This document shows positions 15,981 through 26,359 of a stretch of DNA of 64,000 nt, in pieces. The position numbers and the translations under genes were made by a program. Every line of letters starts with the position of its first letter. The stretch's first letter is position 1. The notes below the pieces were generated by a model. The model ran no database searches and had not been told where the DNA came from. It saw only the letters and a list, made by a program, of their open reading frames with translations. Source of the stretch: a virus; the IMG/VR virus record IMGVR_UViG_3300021335_000011, positions 1 through 64,000 of that record; one strand, given 5' to 3'.

Positions 15981-17602
15981 GGGCTTAAAAACATATTGTC
16001 TGTTGCATCAACAGAATGTGTAAAGCCTGTAACTAAACCTTGATTCGTTGACGCATCGACATTTGTATTTGTCGGTGCGTTGACTATTTGAGTTCCAGCC
16101 GCTTGAGCTCCCATTGCATGATATGCTGCAGCGTCAGACATTGCTGCACCAGATTGAGGAGTTGCACGACTTACTGTAGATCGACTAGACGGAGTAGATG
16201 ATACAAAATCTGGTACACCTGGTGAAGATGTTCCTAAACTTTGCGCTGGTGTTGCAGTACCTTCTCCGTTTAAAGCATCATTTACTATCTCAGGAAACGC
16301 ATCAACATTTTGGCCAAGTAAGTATTGTGCTAAGCCTTTAGCAATCATATCACCAAAGAAGTAACCTCCCATACCACCGAGTGCACCTAATAGTGGAGAC
16401 ATTACAACTGCAGCAGGACCTGTCAGTCCACCAAGTGCCAAACCAGCTATACCACCTAAAGTACTACCACCTAAACCACCTAATATACCAGACATGCCAG
16501 CAACTTTATCGGTTACAGAACCAGGACTTGTTAGAAGCTGGAAGAGATCTAATGCTGCAAATGCTTGTGCTATACCAGGAACACGCAATAAGTTTTTCAA
16601 TTTAGGAAACTTTTTGCCTATTTCAGTGACATCTGCTGCCTTTACCATTTTACCTTTATCAGTGTGAAATCTACCAGTTTTTTTGTTAAATGTTACTTTA
16701 GTTCCATCTTTTAGTTTTCCTTGTGAGCCTGCAGGACCTTTAGGATCTTTAGTAAGAGCATTTACATCTGTTTTATTTTTACCTAGCATAGCCATTATAC
16801 CAGCTTTTGCCGCAGTAAATGGCAACATAAGACCACGCAATGCTAAGGAGATTGCTTTACCAGGAGCGAATAACGTAAATAATCCTGCCATTGCAATAGC
16901 TACACTATCAATCTCTCCAAGAAAACCGTCAAAGTCACCTTGCAATAATGCATCAATACCATCAAGTGCACTACCTACAGTAGTTGTAATACTTGTTAAT
17001 ATATCTTCTATACTTGGTAATTGTATATTAAACATTGTAAAAAATTTAGTAGATAGAACACCAAAGCTATCTCCAATTTTCTTGATCTTTTCAATATTAT
17101 CGTCAGACAGTACAGCACCAAGTACTGCACCGATAGCAGCAAACTTTGCACCAAATATTAATCCAAGACCACCAATTGATAATGATCTTTCGACCACATC
17201 TCGCATATTTTTACTTACACCGTCTACATTATCAAATACAAAATCAGCGATTTCATCGGCTAGCATAGTAATAATTAAACCTGGAATACCACGCTTCAAT
17301 AATGCACCACCAATACCAGAAAGTGCTCCCATCATACCAGCGCCTGTAAGTCCACCTAAAAATGGTAAACTAAATCCCTTTGACTCTCCGCCTCGAGCTG
17401 TTGATACATTATCTTTTCTTTGTGCTTCTTGCGCTTGGTTACGACCCTCAATATCAGCTTCAAGCGATTCTGATTCTACTTCTCTCAACTCTTGAAAGAA
17501 TTTGTCAAAGCGACGATCAAGTCGTTTTAGCACCCGAGTTTGCGCCTCGTTGCCAGCTTGTTGATCTTCTAAAGATTTATTAATATCAGCTAAAGTTGCC
17601 AT
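15977..17602 (-). CDS. Tape-measure/baseplate hub protein (gp29-like)
   Basis: Gly/Ala/Leu-rich amphipathic 541-aa protein with a C-terminal IVNAPTNTN, downstream of gp26/gp51. Confidence 0.6.
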   Translation of the reverse strand: MATLADINKSLEDQQAGNEAQTRVLKRLDRRFDKFFQELREVESESLEADIEGRNQAQEAQRKDNVSTARGGESKGFSLPFLGGLTGAGMMGALSGIGGALLKRGIPGLIITMLADEIADFVFDNVDGVSKNMRDVVERSLSIGGLGLIFGAKFAAIGAVLGAVLSDDNIEKIKKIGDSFGVLSTKFFTMFNIQLPSIEDILTSITTTVGSALDGIDALLQGDFDGFLGEIDSVAIAMAGLFTLFAPGKAISLALRGLMLPFTAAKAGIMAMLGKNKTDVNALTKDPKGPAGSQGKLKDGTKVTFNKKTGRFHTDKGKMVKAADVTEIGKKFPKLKNLLRVPGIAQAFAALDLFQLLTSPGSVTDKVAGMSGILGGLGGSTLGGIAGLALGGLTGPAAVVMSPLLGALGGMGGYFFGDMIAKGLAQYLLGQNVDAFPEIVNDALNGEGTATPAQSLGTSSPGVPDFVSSTPSSRSTVSRATPQSGAAMSDAAAYHAMGAQAAGTQIVNAPTNTNVDASTNQGLVTGFTHSVDATDNMFLSP

Positions 17603-17603
17603 A

Positions 17604-17789
17604 TTATCCTCGTTGTTGCTGAGCTTGTAATTCTTTTTCTTTCAATTCGTCGAGTAGCATAGTAATGTAGATTTCCCTCTCCCACGGAATCATAGTGTCA
17701 AGATCATATAACGAATAATGGAAATTCTGTAATAACTGGTAGTTTACTCTATAAAAATTCTCGAGACTATCGTGTGAGAGGTTTATTAA
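17604..17789 (-). CDS. gp51: gp51-like baseplate hub assembly protein with no start codon at its 5' end (probably reached by -1 frameshift)
   Basis: Translates LINLSHDSLENFYRVNYQLLQNFHYSLYDLDTMIPWEREIYITMLL. The MxPWEREIY motif is characteristic. Missing from the ORF track. Confidence 0.8.
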   Translation of the reverse strand, partial: LINLSHDSLENFYRVNYQLLQNFHYSLYDLDTMIPWEREIYITMLLDELKEKELQAQQQRG

Positions 17790-18499
17790 AAAAAATCATC
17801 AAGTCCTTTCAATGTTCGTTTGTTAACTGCTTCACATGATTTACATTTAAATTCTATATCTTGAGTCACTGTTGGCATAGCCTCAACCCAAGTTGTAATA
17901 GCCTCAAACTGCGAAGTAGTTAATGAATCTAAAAACCTTTGTACTTCTTCAATTGGTTCATCACTAATTTTAATAGCTTCTTCTTCAGTATAAACTGTAT
18001 CAATGCATGCAATAATAAGATCCATTAATACGTCTGTTCTTGATTTGTTATCATCAAAGAATGTGCCACGATTCATAAAGAAAGAATATGTAGGATGCCT
18101 CAATTTTATCGAGATCTCATCAGTAATTTTAACAGTGTTTTTATCTTCAGTTTGTAGAACTTCGATTTTGTCAAGATTTACTGTTACTTCATTTGATTCT
18201 TCACATTCTTGGCAAGCAATCATAATGTTTGCTGCTTCACCAACAGACTTAGATCTAATTTTAGTAAAAATATAATCTACGTCATACGTTGTTAACTTAT
18301 TTAATTCATAATCACCTATTACACATGTGTCAATAGTATTCATAATAGAATTTACAATTTCTTTTTTATTCTGTGATTCGTATGCTAACATCAATACTTT
18401 TTGTTCTTTAACTAAGAATGGTCTGTATTTAACTTGATTGTTTGTTGATGGAATAACTAAATCATATTGTGGATTGTCATTCAAACGTGGTAGTGCCAT
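17786..18499 (-). CDS. gp26: Baseplate hub assembly chaperone gp26
   Basis: MALP..., YRPFLVKEQKVL, KIRSKSVGE, two CxxC motifs and C-terminal GLDDFF. Confidence 0.9.
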   Translation of the reverse strand: MALPRLNDNPQYDLVIPSTNNQVKYRPFLVKEQKVLMLAYESQNKKEIVNSIMNTIDTCVIGDYELNKLTTYDVDYIFTKIRSKSVGEAANIMIACQECEESNEVTVNLDKIEVLQTEDKNTVKITDEISIKLRHPTYSFFMNRGTFFDDNKSRTDVLMDLIIACIDTVYTEEEAIKISDEPIEEVQRFLDSLTTSQFEAITTWVEAMPTVTQDIEFKCKSCEAVNKRTLKGLDDFF

Positions 18500-18508
18500 T
18501 TATTTCTC

Positions 18509-19177
18509 CTATAAACCCAAAGATCCCAACCCGGCTGAAGCTGAAATCCATCCTTGGCCACTCGATGTATTTTGCCAATTAGTATAAGCTATCGTAACTG
18601 ATACTTGTACTAATCCATCAAGTTCATTATTTAATTCGATTGTTGATACATTAATTGGAAATGCGTCAATAAGTTCTACTGAATATACACTTCCTCCGCC
18701 TAATCCCAGATTTACTCGAATAGGTCCAAGGTTTGCACCTGCACCTATTAACGGTTTTCTTAGTTGATGTATCTTAATACTACGTGCATAATCTTTTTTG
18801 TAATTTGCTTCACCAGGTGTTTCACTAATTGTTATAGAACGCCATTCATCAAAATACTTTACAATTCCATAATCATTCAAACAATAAAAGGTAAGAGTTA
18901 CATCATCAACCGCATAGCCATATGCTACTCTTTGGTTTTCAGCACCAATAGCTCTATCGTGTGTTAATACTCTTTTACCTGGTAATTCAGCTGAAGCACA
19001 GATAATATTCATATCTGCTCCACCTAATAAATTTGACAGTTGTGTAAGTACACCTACTAGACCACCGAGTTGTGGTTTACCTCCAAGATTTGATGGTAGC
19101 TGCACCAAGAACTGATTATTACGGGCGAAACCCATCTTTAATGAAGCTGCTGACTTTAGCTGGTCAATTGATGTCAT
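18509..19177 (-). CDS. Tail-tube-like protein (gp54/gp19-like initiator)
   Basis: ARNNQFLV, CASAELPG, VTLTFY and LIDAFPINV. Confidence 0.7.
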   Translation of the reverse strand: MTSIDQLKSAASLKMGFARNNQFLVQLPSNLGGKPQLGGLVGVLTQLSNLLGGADMNIICASAELPGKRVLTHDRAIGAENQRVAYGYAVDDVTLTFYCLNDYGIVKYFDEWRSITISETPGEANYKKDYARSIKIHQLRKPLIGAGANLGPIRVNLGLGGGSVYSVELIDAFPINVSTIELNNELDGLVQVSVTIAYTNWQNTSSGQGWISASAGLGSLGL

Positions 19178-19758
19178 ACCATACTCCTACTATTTTTATA
19201 TACTTGAGCTTGATTAGATTTTTGCCAATCAGCTGTAGGTAAGAATGTAGCAATCTCCCATTCAGGTGCATGTACTCTTGCAAATCGACTTTTAACATGC
19301 GCAGTAAGATAGTGTTTATAGCAAGGTTTAAAATATCGCATCTTACTTGAAGCATTTAATAATTTATAATTTAATTGAAATTTCGTAGTTTCATCATATG
19401 ATTTATTATTAGTAATATCAAGTAATGTATCTAAAAATTTTGCACGTAAGACTGGAGGTAGATAATGTAAATTCAAACCAAAAAAACCACCAGGTGCAGG
19501 GCCAACTACAATAGCTAGAGGAAACTTATCATAGAATGGTAGAGTGTCTTTATGTTTTGGATCATAAAAAAACATATTCATTGATCCAACTAGCTGACGA
19601 TTAGTAAGTTTAGTCTGATCGTCTTGCATAAGCTCAAGTCTATTAACACGACTTAGACTTTGTGCTTTCTTACGAAACCAATCACGGGCCTCTTGACTAC
19701 GTGGATTAATACCTGCACGAAATGCTTCGTATCCAATTTTTTGAAATAGATTACTCAT
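19174..19758 (-). CDS. gp2: DNA end protector gp2
   Basis: FFYDPKHKDTLPFYDKFPL, GLNLHYL and KPCYKHYL. Confidence 0.9.
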   Translation of the reverse strand: MSNLFQKIGYEAFRAGINPRSQEARDWFRKKAQSLSRVNRLELMQDDQTKLTNRQLVGSMNMFFYDPKHKDTLPFYDKFPLAIVVGPAPGGFFGLNLHYLPPVLRAKFLDTLLDITNNKSYDETTKFQLNYKLLNASSKMRYFKPCYKHYLTAHVKSRFARVHAPEWEIATFLPTADWQKSNQAQVYKNSRSMV

Positions 19759-19763
19759 GAGTC

Positions 19764-19771
19764 TATTTATA
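19764..19771 (-). promoter_or_regulatory. T4-type late promoter
   Basis: TATAAATA on the minus strand, 5 nt before the gp2 ATG. Confidence 0.7.
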
Positions 19772-20269
19772 TCATTTTTTCTTGTTTTTACGATAAGGAG
19801 CTAGAGGTTTAAGTGGTTTCAATTTACCAGGTTGGGCTTTAGGCATGATACCATTTTCACGCAATGTGTTTTCTGTCCAGATTTGGAATTCCCAACCTCT
19901 ATCCTTTGCATATTTATTTGCAGCTTCCCACTTATTCATATTCTTGACATATGTTAGTGATTCTGAAATATATTTTTTAGTACGTTTAGTTCCTGTCGGC
20001 GGTGAAGTTTCTTTATTAGGCTTTATCTCTACAAGCACAGTTTTACCATTCTGAAATGTAATTTTCAGATCTACAAAATATCTATGGTATCTCTTATCGA
20101 CGTCGTAGTAATATGGTACTACAGTCTCTTCAGATGACCATGATTTTACTTCAGGCGTTTTATCGCACCACATAAAGGCATATTTTTCCCACATAGATCG
20201 ATAAACGACCTTGTCAGGATTGCCTTTATACTTTTTAATGTTAGGTCGGTATCTTCCAGAATATGCCAT
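19772..20269 (-). CDS. gp4: Head completion nuclease gp4 (TnsA-like)
   Basis: MAYSGRY..., YRSMWE, WSSEE, HRYFVD and LVEIKP. Start moved to 20269. Confidence 0.9.
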   Translation of the reverse strand: MAYSGRYRPNIKKYKGNPDKVVYRSMWEKYAFMWCDKTPEVKSWSSEETVVPYYYDVDKRYHRYFVDLKITFQNGKTVLVEIKPNKETSPPTGTKRTKKYISESLTYVKNMNKWEAANKYAKDRGWEFQIWTENTLRENGIMPKAQPGKLKPLKPLAPYRKNKKK

Positions 20270-20276
20270 TTTTTGA

Positions 20277-20312
20277 TATAAATAGGTTGTAAGGTGTTCC
20301 ATGATATTTATA
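20277..20312. promoter_or_regulatory. Face-to-face pair of late promoters for gp4 (minus) and gp48 (plus)
   Basis: TATAAATA on plus at 20277-20284 and on minus at 20305-20312. Confidence 0.75.
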
Positions 20313-20322
20313 AGGATAGGAC

Positions 20323-21561
20323 ATGGCAGAACAACAATATAAAATGGTGAAGGCTAAAAACGGAAATTGGAAATCTAAGGATTATAGTCAGCCAATTCCT
20401 AGTGATGGCGATGCACCATCTGCAGCCGGTACAACTACATCAGTAAAAATTGCTGACCCATCTAGTTTGTTTAATCAATTAGGTACAAACGGAGGTAATA
20501 CTAAAGGAGCAATGGGACCACCATTAGTATTAAGATACCCATTAGAAAATCAAGACTATTATAAAGCAGCAATTAAATTTGCATTATATAGTGTCAATCC
20601 ATATGATATTGATGCACAAGCAGCCAAAAATATTATCGATGCACCTTTTTTAGTCAACACATTTGCTGGTAAGAAGGTAACAGAAAATGCCTCAGATCAA
20701 TCGCGATTGGCTGCAGAAGCGGACAATGACGGTGCTATTGGATATGAAGGACAAGATCTAATACCGTCAGATGTTAAAGGTAAAGAACAGCAAGAGGCAT
20801 CATTTACTGGAACTAATATTGATTTAAGTCTTGATCCAACAGCTTTAAACAAAAATATTATATTGTATTTCCCTCCAGGTGTACAACTTAATGATGCAGT
20901 TGTCTATGATACTAATACAAATTTAGGACCTGGCGGTGCAACTGCCCTTGCAGCTTTGCGTAATGGTGAATCATTAGCTGGTTCTGTAGGCACTGGAGTT
21001 ATGGAAGGTATCGCAAACTTATTTAGTTTGTTGAAAGGTGATATTATGAATCAAGAAGCTGCGCAAGTTGCAGCTACTCGAGCATTTAATAAAATGCCTT
21101 CTGGCGGTGTACAAAATATGACTCGTATTGCTTTGCAAAAAATGATTAATCCTAATACACGAACTATGTTTCAGGGTGTACCAATTCGTGAATTTGCATT
21201 TACATTCCGTATGGTTGCAACTTCTGCATCTGAAGCACGAGAGATAGAAAAAATTATAAAAGAATTTAGAACAGAATTATATCCAGAAGCGGTACAGGCT
21301 GGAGGATTGCCTGTTGGCTATAAATTCCCTAATTTATTTAAAATTAATTTTATGTACAACGGAACTACTAATAAAGCAATGCCACAACCTCTTTTGTGCT
21401 ACTTAAGATCAGTACAAACTTCATACAATCCAGGTAATATGGTTTTTCATGCTGATGGCCAACCGACAGAGATTGATCTATCATTAAGCTTTGCAGAATT
21501 CAGAGCACTTACAAAACAAGATATTTTAAAGGGATCATCTGCTTCAGGAGGACCACATTAA
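20323..21561 (+). CDS. gp48: Baseplate tail-tube cap gp48
   Basis: LRYP, INPNTRTMFQG, REFAFTF and CYLRSVQTSY. Confidence 0.8.
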   Translation: MAEQQYKMVKAKNGNWKSKDYSQPIPSDGDAPSAAGTTTSVKIADPSSLFNQLGTNGGNTKGAMGPPLVLRYPLENQDYYKAAIKFALYSVNPYDIDAQAAKNIIDAPFLVNTFAGKKVTENASDQSRLAAEADNDGAIGYEGQDLIPSDVKGKEQQEASFTGTNIDLSLDPTALNKNIILYFPPGVQLNDAVVYDTNTNLGPGGATALAALRNGESLAGSVGTGVMEGIANLFSLLKGDIMNQEAAQVAATRAFNKMPSGGVQNMTRIALQKMINPNTRTMFQGVPIREFAFTFRMVATSASEAREIEKIIKEFRTELYPEAVQAGGLPVGYKFPNLFKINFMYNGTTNKAMPQPLLCYLRSVQTSYNPGNMVFHADGQPTEIDLSLSFAEFRALTKQDILKGSSASGGPH

Positions 21562-22316
21562 TGGATTATTTTAAATATTTTCCATACACTCGATATGTGT
21601 TTGGCAATGAAGCCGAAGAAATTGGCACAGGTAAAGTTATTACTGAGGTAGTACAAGACATATCACGTTATGTCGATGTAATTGATGAAGTAAAGAGAAG
21701 TAAAGCATTTTCTACTCAATACTATATTCAAGAGAATGAACGACCTGATAATGTTTCTCAGTTACTTTATGGTAATCCATCATATCATTGGACATTTTGG
21801 TTAATGAATGACCATATTAGAGAGCAAGGTTGGCCACTTACATATAGGCAAATGCAGAAACAATTGGACAGAGATTTTCCTGGTTATGTTGCAATCACTA
21901 CAACAGATCTTACTGGTCACTATGTTCCTGGTGAGATAGTAACAGGATCTACATCTGGTGCACGTGCTGAAGTAGTGCGTAGAAGACTTGATTTTGGAGC
22001 TATACATCTAAAAATGATTGGCGATCGAAAATTTAATAGCTATGAACGTATAGTCTCAAAATCTCTAAGTGCATTGCAAACACAAGCGGTTAACGCCAAT
22101 ATAATGCTTGAGTATAAGTCGCCACACCATTATGTCAATGGTTCTGGTGATAGGGTTGATATCGATCCGTCATCTGGACCAGGTGCTTTAGTGACTGAGG
22201 TTACTATTGAAGACTATTATCATATACAAAACGATAAACTCAAAGAGATAAACGTTATTAAACCTGATAGCATTGTTGAAGTAGCTAGTCTTTATAGGGA
22301 AGCAATTAGCAGTTAA
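21561..22316 (+). CDS. gp53: Baseplate wedge protein gp53
   Basis: MDYFKYFP and YYIQENERPDNVSQLLYG..YHW (LysM-like). Confidence 0.85.
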   Translation: MDYFKYFPYTRYVFGNEAEEIGTGKVITEVVQDISRYVDVIDEVKRSKAFSTQYYIQENERPDNVSQLLYGNPSYHWTFWLMNDHIREQGWPLTYRQMQKQLDRDFPGYVAITTTDLTGHYVPGEIVTGSTSGARAEVVRRRLDFGAIHLKMIGDRKFNSYERIVSKSLSALQTQAVNANIMLEYKSPHHYVNGSGDRVDIDPSSGPGALVTEVTIEDYYHIQNDKLKEINVIKPDSIVEVASLYREAISS

Positions 22317-23668
22317 TGTCAAATCAATCTTTTCAAAATGATGTAGCTTCATCTGATGTTATTTTTGAAGCGTTAAGTATTTTTTCTTCAAGAATGATAG
22401 AAGCAGTTGACGTGCGGGATTTTAGTCCTGGTTTGCAAATCTTCGAGCATCTTGATAAACCATACTTAACTGGCACATTAGTTATAGCAGACACTACTCG
22501 AATATACGATAGAATGGATTTTCAAGGTGCAGAATATCTTGAAGTAAAACTAAAAAGAAGTCCATCTTCACCAACTTATGTAAAAATGTTTAACATAACT
22601 GAAGTAACAAATACACGAAAAACTAATGACCAGTCAGAAGTTATTACTCTACAAATTGTAGAAGATCTAGCTTATAAGGCAAAGTTACATAATATCAATA
22701 AACATTATTATGGCAAACCTTCGAAGATTATAGAATCTATTGCTAAAGAGTATCTCTATAAAAGTTTAATTACTTCAGAAGAAGCAGATTATCAAGGAGA
22801 TATGAATGTTATTATTCCTAATTTAAATCCTATTGAGACTATGATATGGTTAAAGGAACGTATGACAAATATAGAAGGATTTCCATATTTTCTGTATTCT
22901 ACTATAGGGAAACGTGAATTATTTTTTATAAATTTAGCTGATATGCTTTCTGCACCTGCTATTAACAAAAAAACTCCATTTGTATATTCACAGGCACCTA
23001 CTTCAGTAGAAAATAAAAATAGATTTTTTAATATACAAGATTATAAACATCATAAATCAGAAAACATGTTAAATCTTATATCAAAGGGTTTAGTCGGTGG
23101 TGTGCATAATTTTTATAATACTATGGATGCAAAATATGAAGAAGTTACTTTTGATATAATTAAAGAACTAAATGAAGCTGTATCAACTAAAAACTCAAAT
23201 CAAAAAACAATGGATATTGCAGATGACTTTGAGATTGACGGCGATAAGTTACATAATTATAGGTCAAGATACATATACAGATTAAGCTCGTCAGGTGCAT
23301 ATAGTATTCTCGAAGGATCCGCTAAAAGTTATGACGAAGAATACAATGTTGGAGATCATAAGAAAAAAATTATTAAAGCTGCTTTAAAACAATTGTTAGC
23401 TAGAAGTGCTATAGAAATACGTGTATCAGGTAAAGAATTTTTAGCTGCAGATGGAAGTATGCCTGAACATTATACAATAGGTAATTCAATAAGAATACAA
23501 TTTATGGGAAATGGACCAAATCAAGAAAAGCCATTTCTTGATCCAAAAAAATCAGGTGATTATATTATTTTTGCAGCAAATCATAGTATGTCTGCTGAAA
23601 GATATGATATAACTTTCTTATGCGTTAAAATAGCAAATATTAATAACGCTGAAATTATAGGTGAGTAA
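22316..23668 (+). CDS. Baseplate hub protein (gp27-like)
   Basis: IFEHLDKPYLTG and C-terminal KSGDYII. Lies between gp53 and gp5. Confidence 0.6.
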   Translation: MSNQSFQNDVASSDVIFEALSIFSSRMIEAVDVRDFSPGLQIFEHLDKPYLTGTLVIADTTRIYDRMDFQGAEYLEVKLKRSPSSPTYVKMFNITEVTNTRKTNDQSEVITLQIVEDLAYKAKLHNINKHYYGKPSKIIESIAKEYLYKSLITSEEADYQGDMNVIIPNLNPIETMIWLKERMTNIEGFPYFLYSTIGKRELFFINLADMLSAPAINKKTPFVYSQAPTSVENKNRFFNIQDYKHHKSENMLNLISKGLVGGVHNFYNTMDAKYEEVTFDIIKELNEAVSTKNSNQKTMDIADDFEIDGDKLHNYRSRYIYRLSSSGAYSILEGSAKSYDEEYNVGDHKKKIIKAALKQLLARSAIEIRVSGKEFLAADGSMPEHYTIGNSIRIQFMGNGPNQEKPFLDPKKSGDYIIFAANHSMSAERYDITFLCVKIANINNAEIIGE

Positions 23669-24546
23669 TGATACCAAATAGCAATATTGATTATTATGGA
23701 GATCAAACTCGATGGTTTATTGGTACAGCTATTGATATTAATGATCCATTAGAAATGGGTAGAGTTAAAGTGCGGGTCTATGGTATTCATAGCTCTGATA
23801 CTGGAGACATACCACTTGGCGCATTACCATGGGCTCAAGTAGTATCTCCTATTACTGAAGGTGGTAGTAGTGGTATAGGTGCAAATACTGGTATAAAACC
23901 GATGGCTCAAGTATATGGCATATTTTTAGATGGTAAAAATTCACAGTTACCATTAATTTTAGGATCTATACCTAAATTTGAGCCTGTGCATATTAATCAA
24001 GTAGAATCGAACTTTTCAAGAGACGAGATTCCTAGTCGACCTGATGGAAGTCCAGCAACTCGCAACGTGATAGCAGCATCTATTATCGATGATGAAAAAT
24101 TAATTGGTAGTGATAATAAAGAAAAGTGTTTTAATTTCTTTATATCAGATGAAGTACCTGAAAGATTTCTATCGCATCAAGCTGCAGGTATTGTAGGTAA
24201 TTTAATTGTAGAGAGTGGCAATACAGTAAATCCACTCGCTAAAAATAAAGGTGAAGGATCATTTGGTATTGCGCAATGGAATCCAGCAACCGAAAGATTA
24301 ACAAATTTATATTCATTTGCCCGAAGAAATAATTTACCACCTGAAAGCTTATATGTACAACTTCAGTATATAATACATGAATTATATAAACATTCATATT
24401 TTGGTTTGGCCAAATTACGGGCCGCAGAAGATGTACAAACTGCATCAAATGTATTTGAACAATATTACGAAAGACCAGCTAAAGGCAGTTCATCTCGAAG
24501 AGTTGCTGCATCAAGAGAACTATTAGCTAAGATGGATACAGTATGA
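23668..24546 (+). CDS. gp5: gp5 N-terminal OB domain fused to a tail lysozyme (Phage_lysozyme2-like)
   Basis: DPLEMGRVKVRVYGIH and LPWA in the N-terminal part. AAGIVGNLIVESG, GIAQW and YERP in the C-terminal part. Confidence 0.85.
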   Translation: MIPNSNIDYYGDQTRWFIGTAIDINDPLEMGRVKVRVYGIHSSDTGDIPLGALPWAQVVSPITEGGSSGIGANTGIKPMAQVYGIFLDGKNSQLPLILGSIPKFEPVHINQVESNFSRDEIPSRPDGSPATRNVIAASIIDDEKLIGSDNKEKCFNFFISDEVPERFLSHQAAGIVGNLIVESGNTVNPLAKNKGEGSFGIAQWNPATERLTNLYSFARRNNLPPESLYVQLQYIIHELYKHSYFGLAKLRAAEDVQTASNVFEQYYERPAKGSSSRRVAASRELLAKMDTV

Positions 24547-26359
24547 CAGTTAATAAAGAAGAAATGAAGGCACAAGCTGCACAGGCTATTAATGCGCTAC
24601 AATCAACAGGTTTACTTCCTGCTGAATCAGCCTTAATTTTAAGTGCAATGGCTACAACAACTATTGAAATCGCTGCTGATCTTGAAGAGAAAGGCGGATT
24701 CAAAAAACTTGGTGCACAAGGCGTAACAGGAGAAACTGTTACTGATGGGCCAATGGTTGCTAGACTTACAAATAATGGGCCAGCAAATATCGAAAAAACA
24801 AATACGAAAGTGCAAAGTCAGTCAGATATTACTGGTAAATCTGGTGGCAACGGGCAACTTACAGTTGCTATTAGTCAAGCTACACCAAAGGCACAAAAGA
24901 AGGTATTAGAAGATGTTGTTAAAGCACCAAAGGATGTTATTGATAAAGTAAACAAAGAAACTTCAACAGCTCCAGATGTTGTAAATGAAGAAATCAAAAA
25001 AGATCCAAAGGCTGAACTAGGTAAGTTTATTAAGGCTGCTAAAAAAGCAGAAAACATTGCATAGATAATCCTATTGGTTCTCAGAATAATGAGCTCGGTT
25101 CTATCGGTGCCAAGTTTGGCAATTTAATGGGAACTCTTGCATCTCTTACTCAAGGCACGGGTTCATTTAAAGAAGTTGGAACAGCTATCGCAGATGTAGG
25201 TTCTGAAGCTACAGATCCGGCAACCGGTGAAAAATTCTATACACAAAATGTTGTTGAGAATAATGGTAATACCAACATTGCTAGATCAGTAACTAAAGGT
25301 TCGTCAATCGGAGATCTTGTTTCATCATTCGAATCAATGAATCTTAATCTACTTGCTAAAGGATTTGCCGGAAGACATACGAATACACGATCATATAAAT
25401 TCGAGCCAATCTCAACTCAAGAAGAATTTGAATTAGAGATTACTAATAGTACTCGAGAACTACAAAATATGGTTATTGGTTGGTTAGGAAATGCTGCAGA
25501 TGTTTCATTTACTGTAAAAGAACTGCATCTTAAATTAGCTAACAGTATACCAACCGATGTTGAAGCTATACAATCAGGTATTCAACATCACTATATACTA
25601 ATGCCTGATGGACAGTTAATACGTGGTCGTCCAATTGGATATGAAATGGGCAGTTTTCATGATGAAGCAATTCGAGTTGGTGCATGTAATATCCAAATTA
25701 TGGCAGGATCTACAGAAAGTAAATCAAATCCAAAATGGAAAAGTTATTATAGCGCCAATAGTATAACTCCTGAACAGTGGGAATCAATTGATATGTTAGT
25801 ACAAAGTTGGTTTAGAACTAAACCAGGTGGGGAAGTATTAACTATACAAGATATTCAAGCTGGTAAACTCGAGCCAGGATTTAGTGGTATTGAGTATGTA
25901 AAGAAATTTAATAAAGAAAGCATATATCAAGATTTTACTGCATTTTCTAATGTGCCACAAAAAAGAACAGATGGTACAACACTTGATGTAAAAACTACTA
26001 CAGCAGAAGTTGCAGAGTCTCCTGCACCAGCTAACGTTCAAGGAGTACCCGATCCAACTGTTCCTACATCATTATCTGATTTGAAAAAGAAAGTTATACC
26101 AGAAAAAGTAGATCCTGCTGCTGATCAAGCAAAATTTGATAAAGCTATTGCTGATATGAAAAATGGTAAAGCAGATCTTGATTCTAAGATAGGAGAAGCA
26201 TCAAAGATAGGTACAGGTTTATTTGGTAATTTTGCAAATAATATTAAAAGCTCGAACAATATATTTGAAGCTGCAGCTAAGACTGCAAGTGGAACGAGAC
26301 AAAAGCTGTTAGATAATGGTTACACGTATGATCCTAAAACAAAAGGTTGGAATAAATGA
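24543..26359 (+). CDS. Baseplate-associated protein with a degenerate amidase-like domain, split by a frameshift near 25043-25064
   Basis: ORFs 24543-25064 and 25127-26359 join in the -1 frame, which is open from 25043. The second part has GIQHHYIL..DGQLIRGRP, an Amidase_2-like motif. Confidence 0.55.

Noticed and set aside
16683-17495. 270-aa plus-strand ORF
   Set aside because: Antisense shadow of the Gly/Ala-rich tape-measure gene, with no RBS or recognisable motifs.
25062-25064. TAG readthrough or a recoded genetic code
   Set aside because: The downstream ORF is in a different frame, and TAG/TGA act as normal stops elsewhere in the window.
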